Shown: in pieces, positions 58,275 through 64,000 of the stretch | Numbering within the stretch: position 1 is the first letter of the stretch | Layout: each line of letters opens with the position of its first letter | Origin: Candidatus Undinarchaeota archaeon | Lineage (GTDB): Archaea > SpSt-1190 > JASMDC01 | DNA length: 64,000 nt | Direction of reading: 5' to 3' | NCBI GenBank assembly: GCA_964519305.1 | Contig: CAZFHY010000015.1 | Coordinates: 43,155 to 107,154, forward strand | Made by a program: the position numbers and the translations under genes | Notes under the pieces: generated by a model | What the model was told of the DNA's origin: nothing | Seen by the model: the letters and a program-made list of their open reading frames with translations, nothing else | The model's database searches: none

Positions 58275-60395
58275 TCACGTCTCCCGCTTGGCCCCGCCCG
58301 CACCTTGTATGAGCTCGACCATCTCGGCCATGAGCCCAGTTACCATCTCGGTCTGCTCGCCGTACACCGTGACGGTCAGGTCGCCCGACGTGGGGTCCCG
58401 ATCGAGGCGCATGGCGATGAACCGCTTGGAGTACGCACCGCTGGCGGCGAACATACCCACCAGCCCGCCGATGGCCCCCGGCTGGGCACGGAGCACCGGG
58501 TACATGGCCGAGCACTTCCCCTGCAGGGCGTCCATCACCGCCTGCAGCCGGTCGCCGGGCACGAACATCCTCTCCTGGGTACCGGCCAGACCCGCGATGC
58601 GTTCGTTGAACTCGGCCGCCGTGATCGCCGCTGGCTCGAGGAACGGGCACACACTGGTCACCGACACGGGCGACATCTCCACCACTTTGCGCTCACCCTG
58701 AAGGTCGTGGTACTGGACCGAGCCGGTGATGTTCCCGGACACGCACCGGTTGGGCACCAGCCTGAAGAGCGCCGATTGGAACTCCCCCTGCTTGACCGTT
58801 CCCAGATCGATGTACTTCGAGCCGCCCTCGATTGTGAAAGCCTCCGGGACGTCCAGCTCAACACCAACGTCCACCAGCGCGAAGGTCGAATCGTTGACCA
58901 CCTTGACGCCGATCTTGACCATGTTGCCCTCGCGGGTCACGCCCCGCTTGACCGACACGGCCTCCTCGCCGAGCGCACGTCTCTTGAGCAGGTGAAGGTA
59001 GTAGCCGGCGGCCGACAGCACCGCGAACAGCCCGAGGAACAGCTCGATGTTCTCCAGCAGGAACGCGACCGCCCCTGTCGCACCTTCCCGCGTTACGCAG
59101 TACGAGCGCTCAGTGTCGCACGACTCATCGGGACCGCAGTCCCTGTCCGATACACAACAGTCACGACCGATGATGCAGCACACACCGTTGCGGCAGTTCT
59201 CGCTGACGCATCCGCTGTCATCCGAGCACGTCTCGCCGTTGGCCAAGGGCTCGGGCGGAGGGGTGGCCTCGATCGTCGCGTTTGGTGTCGGTTCTGGCGT
59301 GGGTGTCGGTTCTGGTGCCGCCTTCCCGAAGGCGTACACACGCCGGTCACCGCTGCCGATGTACATCATGCCGTTGGCAATGGCCGCAGATGACACGACC
59401 TCTCGCCCGGTGGTGTGGTTCCACAGCAGCTTACCGGTCTCTGCGTCAAGGGCGTACACGCGCCAGTCGCTGGAGCCCACGTAGACCACGCCGTCGGCCA
59501 CGGCGGGCGATGAACTGGTCAATGACTCGGTGACAAAGCGCCAGAGACGCTTCCCGGTCCGTGCGTCCAGGGCTACCGCCTCGTTGCCGTCCGAGCCCAC
59601 GTACACCCGGCCGTCGGCCACCGCGACCGCGCCCACGATGTCGCTCTCCACATCGGACCGCCATATCTCGGCGCCCGTGCGAGCGTCCAGTGCGTAGACG
59701 TTGTTGTCGTAGGAACCGATGTAGAGCGTGCCGTCGACAACCGCCGGCGTCCCGTCCACCTCGCCCTCGGTGGCGAAGCGCCATACCTCGGTCCCCGTGG
59801 CCGCGTCCAGAGCGTAGACGTTCCAGTCGTCGCTGCCGATGTACACCACACCGTCGACCACGACCGGCGAAGAGTCGACGATCTGTCCTGTATCCACCTT
59901 CCACACGAGCGCCCCGGTCGTCTCGTTGAGCGCGTAGACGAAGTGGTCGTCGCTACCTATGTACACGATCCCTCCGGCCACGGCGGGCGATGAGGATATG
60001 GACGCACCGGTCTCGTACTTCCACTCCTCGTACCCGGCACGGCCGTCCAGGGAGTACACCATCCCGTCGCCCGCACCGACGAACACGACGCTGTGATGGA
60101 CCGCCGGCGACGAGCTTATAGCCGTCCCTGTGTCGAAGGTCCATACCTCCTCCCCGGTACGTGCGTCCAGTGCGTACACCTTTCCGTCCCAGGAGCCAAC
60201 GAACACCGTGCCGTCGACCACCGCCGGTGACGAGTACACAGGGAAACCGGTTGTGTAGTTCCACACCATCGCAAGCTCTGCGCCGGGCCCAGGCCCCGTC
60301 GCCCCGGTGCGCGCAGCGTCGAAGCGGTACATAGGCCAGTCGGCCGCAGCAGCGCTGGCGAGCAGCAGTACCAGGACGAGGGCGAGCTTGCGCAC
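58275..60395 (-). CDS. single-pass membrane protein: 8-bladed PQQ-like beta-propeller, Cys-rich stalk, cytoplasmic beta-sandwich + platform domain
   Basis: Signal peptide then DWPMYRFD; eight ~40-aa SSPAV..G.VY.GS.D..VYALD..TG repeats; TM LFLGLFAVLSAAGYYL. Confidence 0.9.
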   Translation of the reverse strand: MRKLALVLVLLLASAAAADWPMYRFDAARTGATGPGPGAELAMVWNYTTGFPVYSSPAVVDGTVFVGSWDGKVYALDARTGEEVWTFDTGTAISSSPAVHHSVVFVGAGDGMVYSLDGRAGYEEWKYETGASISSSPAVAGGIVYIGSDDHFVYALNETTGALVWKVDTGQIVDSSPVVVDGVVYIGSDDWNVYALDAATGTEVWRFATEGEVDGTPAVVDGTLYIGSYDNNVYALDARTGAEIWRSDVESDIVGAVAVADGRVYVGSDGNEAVALDARTGKRLWRFVTESLTSSSPAVADGVVYVGSSDWRVYALDAETGKLLWNHTTGREVVSSAAIANGMMYIGSGDRRVYAFGKAAPEPTPTPEPTPNATIEATPPPEPLANGETCSDDSGCVSENCRNGVCCIIGRDCCVSDRDCGPDESCDTERSYCVTREGATGAVAFLLENIELFLGLFAVLSAAGYYLHLLKRRALGEEAVSVKRGVTREGNMVKIGVKVVNDSTFALVDVGVELDVPEAFTIEGGSKYIDLGTVKQGEFQSALFRLVPNRCVSGNITGSVQYHDLQGERKVVEMSPVSVTSVCPFLEPAAITAAEFNERIAGLAGTQERMFVPGDRLQAVMDALQGKCSAMYPVLRAQPGAIGGLVGMFAASGAYSKRFIAMRLDRDPTSGDLTVTVYGEQTEMVTGLMAEMVELIQGAGGAKRET

Positions 60396-60450
60396 CACGT
60401 CATACAAGCGGGAGCCAACCAATAAAAACGTGTGGTGCGTAGGGGGTGCT

Positions 60451-60993
60451 ATGGTCGAAGGGGATGCGCCCGAGGTGTACGAGGAGTATCCCGTATGGAT
60501 ATGTGCAGTGGCCGAGCTCATGCAGCTGGGGATCTATGCCCTGGGCGCCCTCATCCTCTTAGAGATAGCTCCGTGGGCGGCGGGCGTGTTCCTCGTCTAC
60601 TGCCTGGCGCTGGAGGTCCGGCTCATGCTCTTATCGTGCGTGGACTGCTGCTACTACGGCAAGCGCTGCTTCTCTGGTAAAGGTCTGATCGTTGCGAAGC
60701 TCTTCTCCCGACGCGATCCCGAACAGTTCGCCCGCACCAAGATCACATTCAAGGACATAATCCCGGACTTCGCCGTCGGCCTTGTCCCGCTCGTGACCGG
60801 GCTGGGATTGCTAGTGGTCCGTGGTCCATCATGGTACATGGGAGGCCTTGTCCTGCTCCTGTCGGCCCTCGCCTTCCCGGTAACCGGCTGGGTCCGGAGC
60901 ACGCTGGCCTGCCCCCACTGCAAGCAACGGGAGATAGGGTGCCCGGCGCAGGAGCTGTTCGGCGGCGAGGACGGGGACGGTCAGGCCGACTAG
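60451..60993 (+). CDS. membrane protein with Cys motifs
   Basis: Four hydrophobic helices; CVDCCYYGKRC and CPHCKQREIGCP. Confidence 0.75.
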   Translation: MVEGDAPEVYEEYPVWICAVAELMQLGIYALGALILLEIAPWAAGVFLVYCLALEVRLMLLSCVDCCYYGKRCFSGKGLIVAKLFSRRDPEQFARTKITFKDIIPDFAVGLVPLVTGLGLLVVRGPSWYMGGLVLLLSALAFPVTGWVRSTLACPHCKQREIGCPAQELFGGEDGDGQAD

Positions 60994-62309
60994 AGGAACT
61001 CGCTAAGCTTAGTGGGCCCCTCAAGCTCTTCCTTTGTCACGTGCATCACGCCGTTGGCCTTGTCCACCGAACCCTCGACCGTCGTCACGTGCCACTTCAC
61101 CAGGGAGATCGTCCACCCCTCCTTCTCATCGTCCAGGAGCTCGATACCCGTGATGCATCGGGGGTGCACGCAGCTGCCGCTGTTGAAGTAGCGCTTGTCG
61201 GTGAAGGGGTAGACCGGGCGATGGGTGTGGCCCGCGATGAGAACGCCCTTCTTCTTGCCCATGATCCATTTCTCGAGCGCCTTGTCTACGTCGCTCCGGA
61301 TAGTGAAGTTCTTCGCGGGGCTTGTGGAGTCCCGGATACCGTAGAGCTGGAGGGGCATCCAGAAGTTACGAAGGATCAACTTGCCGAGCCAGTCAGCACC
61401 GCTCGTCTCCGCGTCCACCTGATGGCCATGGACCATATAGATCTTCGCGTCCAGTTCCTTGATGTCGAGGATGAGCCCCTCGATGGGCTTGATGCCCCTG
61501 TCGTATACGAAGATATGGTCCTTGATACGTGCCACGCCCAGTGTCTTGGGATTATTATCTCCCACCTTGATCGTGACCGTATCCCGGTCGAGTTTGATCG
61601 TGACCTCGCGCTTTTTAGATGAGATGACTAGCTCGCTGTCGCTCTTCCATTCGGCGACCGCGCTGCTGTCCACCCAAGAGGCATCGAGATGGTCCCGTAT
61701 ATAGCGCCTGAGACGCCAGGCGTCCTCCCCTTTGAGCTTGTCCCAACAGAAAAGGTATCCCATGAGCGCTCTCTTGCTGTCGTTGCCCTCCTTCACCTCA
61801 TCATGGTTACCCCAGATGACATGGAGACGGTCATCTTTCAGGAACTCACGGATCAGCCAGAACGCATGACTGTGGGCATCGTGAACCTCCTCTGGTGTGT
61901 TCTCCCAGAGCTCATCACCGTCGCCTAGCTCGATGTACGTGTACCCCTTCTTGAGATAATCGCTCAATGCGTGGAAGAAGAGGACCTGGTTATGGGCGAA
62001 GTCGTCGGCCCAGCTGTTGTCCCCCCGGTGCTGGTCGCTGAAGATGATGTACTTTGAACCCGGATCGGCGACGACCTCCTTGACCTTGCCTTTCTTCTGA
62101 ATGAGCAGCTCTTCCAGACGTTTGCCCTTGGTCGCACCCTTCAGCTTGGCCGTCTCGGTAAAGTACACATACAAGATGCCCCAGAGGACGAAATAGATGA
62201 TCACGATTATCATGGCTGTCCTATTGACCGCACTTAGATATCCAAGAGCGAGTACACACCCTGATGCGAAGATGATCAGAAGTACGAGCTTCAACATAGA
62301 TCTGTCCAT
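60990..62309 (-). CDS. membrane-anchored calcineurin-like metallophosphoesterase with internal insertion
   Basis: Two N-terminal TM helices; SDQH, GDGDE, GNHD, VHGH, GHTH, YFNSG. Confidence 0.9.
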   Translation of the reverse strand: MDRSMLKLVLLIIFASGCVLALGYLSAVNRTAMIIVIIYFVLWGILYVYFTETAKLKGATKGKRLEELLIQKKGKVKEVVADPGSKYIIFSDQHRGDNSWADDFAHNQVLFFHALSDYLKKGYTYIELGDGDELWENTPEEVHDAHSHAFWLIREFLKDDRLHVIWGNHDEVKEGNDSKRALMGYLFCWDKLKGEDAWRLRRYIRDHLDASWVDSSAVAEWKSDSELVISSKKREVTIKLDRDTVTIKVGDNNPKTLGVARIKDHIFVYDRGIKPIEGLILDIKELDAKIYMVHGHQVDAETSGADWLGKLILRNFWMPLQLYGIRDSTSPAKNFTIRSDVDKALEKWIMGKKKGVLIAGHTHRPVYPFTDKRYFNSGSCVHPRCITGIELLDDEKEGWTISLVKWHVTTVEGSVDKANGVMHVTKEELEGPTKLSEFL

Positions 62310-62421
62310 TTCAATCCTTCCCCTATGTATGATAGTTCCGTTCCCCTCATCCAGAGGGCGTACGGGAGATCCCTTCCACCAGCCAAGAAGGCAGTATCCT
62401 TTTTCTCTTTTTGCCCGACGC

Positions 62422-63801
62422 TCAGCTCTCGAAATACAGCGTGTACTCGAGGGGGTGGGGCCGGCTCGCGACCGTCACCGCCTCCTGGCGCTTGAGGGTC
62501 ACCCACGAGTCGATGAGCCCCTCGTCGAACACATTGCCGCGCAGCAGGAAGGCGCAGTCCTCCTCCAGAGCGTCCAGGCTCTCGTCCAGGGACAGCGGCA
62601 GGTACCGCAATCCCCTGAGCGCCTCCCGGTCCTCGTAGAGGTTGGTGTCGTGAGGCCCGAACCCTAGCTCGGACGGGTCCAGCTTGTTGACGATACCGTC
62701 GATGCCCGCCATGAGCATGGCGGCGAGCATGATGTAAGGATTGCCCATTGCGTCAGGTGGCCGGTACTCGATACGTGTCTTCTCAGGATCGCTCACGTAT
62801 GACGGGATCCGCACGGCGGATGACCGGTTGGCCTGGCCGAAGGCGCGCAGCACCGGTGCTTCGAACGCCCCCAGTCGTTTGTAGGAGTTGGTCGACGCGT
62901 TGGTGAAGGCCGCCAGCGCCGCTGCGTGCTCCAGGAGCCCGCCGATATAGTACCGTGCCGTCTGGGAGAGGTTGGCGTACTCGCCCTCCTCGTAGAACAC
63001 GTTCTTGCCCTTCTTCACAAGGTACTGGTGGACGTGCCAGCCGTTGCCCGCCGCGTCGTGGAGCGGCTTGGGCATGAACGTGAGCGAGAGCCCCCGCTCC
63101 TGGGCCAGGTTGAACAGCAGGTACTTGGACAGCACCGAGGAGTCGGCCGCGGCCAGCAGCGACTGGAACAGCAGCTCGATCTCCTGCTGTCCTTTCTGCC
63201 CCACCTCGTGATGGTGGTACTTCACGGGGATCCCCAGCTTCGCCATGATCTCGCACGCCTCGTCGCGCAGGTCGTCATGGGTGTCGAAGGGATTGGCCGC
63301 GTGGTAGGCGTTGTGGACCATGTCCTCGTGGGAATGTACAGCGAAGAACGACTCATGGGGCTGGCAGTCGAAGGCCACCTCGTCGAACACGTAGAACTCG
63401 AACTCCGGTCCCCACAATGATTTGTCGGCGATGTCAAGCTCGGCCAGCAATCCCTCGGCACGCTGGGCCACGGCCCGCACATCGTTGGGATAGCGTGTCC
63501 GGCCCGCGTCGGTCATGTGGATGGTCATGAAGCACGAGAGCGTCCGTGCCTGGCGGAAGGGATCGAGCTTTATGGTAGACAGGTCGGGGCGCTGGACCAT
63601 GTCCGACTCCTCCATGCGCGCGAACCCGTAGCTCGAGGCATCGAACCCGATCCCCTCGTCCATCAGCTGCGGGGTGAACCGCTCAGCCGGGATAGAAACG
63701 TGGTGGAGCCTGCCGGCAAGGTCCAGTGCCTTGAAGTCGATGAACCTGACCTTCTCCTTCTTGATGAGCTGCTGTACGGACGCGAAAGCTTTATCGACCA
63801 T
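62422..63801 (-). CDS. glnA: glutamine synthetase type I
   Basis: FDASS, ESDM..PD, GPEFEF, HHEV...QQE, TFMPKP...AGNGWH, NSYKRL, NRS..VRIP, RIEYRPPD...NPY. Confidence 0.96.
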   Translation of the reverse strand: MVDKAFASVQQLIKKEKVRFIDFKALDLAGRLHHVSIPAERFTPQLMDEGIGFDASSYGFARMEESDMVQRPDLSTIKLDPFRQARTLSCFMTIHMTDAGRTRYPNDVRAVAQRAEGLLAELDIADKSLWGPEFEFYVFDEVAFDCQPHESFFAVHSHEDMVHNAYHAANPFDTHDDLRDEACEIMAKLGIPVKYHHHEVGQKGQQEIELLFQSLLAAADSSVLSKYLLFNLAQERGLSLTFMPKPLHDAAGNGWHVHQYLVKKGKNVFYEEGEYANLSQTARYYIGGLLEHAAALAAFTNASTNSYKRLGAFEAPVLRAFGQANRSSAVRIPSYVSDPEKTRIEYRPPDAMGNPYIMLAAMLMAGIDGIVNKLDPSELGFGPHDTNLYEDREALRGLRYLPLSLDESLDALEEDCAFLLRGNVFDEGLIDSWVTLKRQEAVTVASRPHPLEYTLYFES

Positions 63802-63880
63802 ATGCCGTCCCTCGCTGGCGAGCAGCGCGGGAGCGCTTAAGTACCTTATGCCCGGGACTGGGGGACGGTGCCACGGTGGG

Positions 63881-63915
63881 AAAAAGGGGGGCGGGGGGCC
63901 CATTGCCCCCCCCCC
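63881..63915 (-). terminator. G/C hairpin followed by T-tract on the minus strand
   Basis: Minus strand reads G10-CAATGGG-CCCCCCGCCCCCC-TTTTT; could end a transcript arriving from beyond the window. Confidence 0.5.
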
Positions 63916-64000
63916 GAGGTTAGGTGACAACAAACCGGGGGCACGCAGGTGCCCACCCGTATAAGATGTCGAGGAATTGGGTAACACCTTGTTGAAAAGG

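Noticed and set aside
59340-60280. 120-nt periodic repeats as a DNA repeat array
   Set aside because: They are the coding blades of a PQQ-like beta-propeller

Overview
GC-rich archaeal chromosomal segment. Archaeal origin is supported by TATA-box promoters with leaderless starts, GGAGG/GGTGA ribosome-binding sites, the HVO_0476-type Zn finger next to pcm, archaeal MinD and RGQ-type class III signal peptides; the exact lineage cannot be fixed from this window. Recognisable content: serS, minD, pcm, a glycine/one-carbon set (gcvH-gcvPA-gcvPB divergent from a two-subunit sarcosine/proline-dehydrogenase-like flavoenzyme; gcvT-thyX-glyA-cofE-like), a beta-CASP nuclease, an HD hydrolase and glnA. 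Accessory content: a ~15 kb surface cluster (pilin-like proteins, a 2738-aa cysteine-rich repeat protein and a ~1000-aa modular protein), further large membrane-anchored surface proteins, GT-C glycosyltransferases and a patch of orphan metallopeptidases and duplicated small genes. Most notable observations: (1) an ~85-aa module inserted in frame into two unrelated proteins, once nested inside a copy of itself; (2) a creatininase/ArfB-amidohydrolase fusion that may point to the unassigned archaeal riboflavin-pathway deaminase; (3) a single-pass receptor-like protein whose cytoplasmic tail resembles an adaptin/coatomer appendage; (4) a CofE homologue embedded in folate genes. No rRNA, tRNA, CRISPR array, transposase or integrase was recognised. 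All family calls come from reading motifs by eye, not from database searches; several starts were adjusted from the ORF track.
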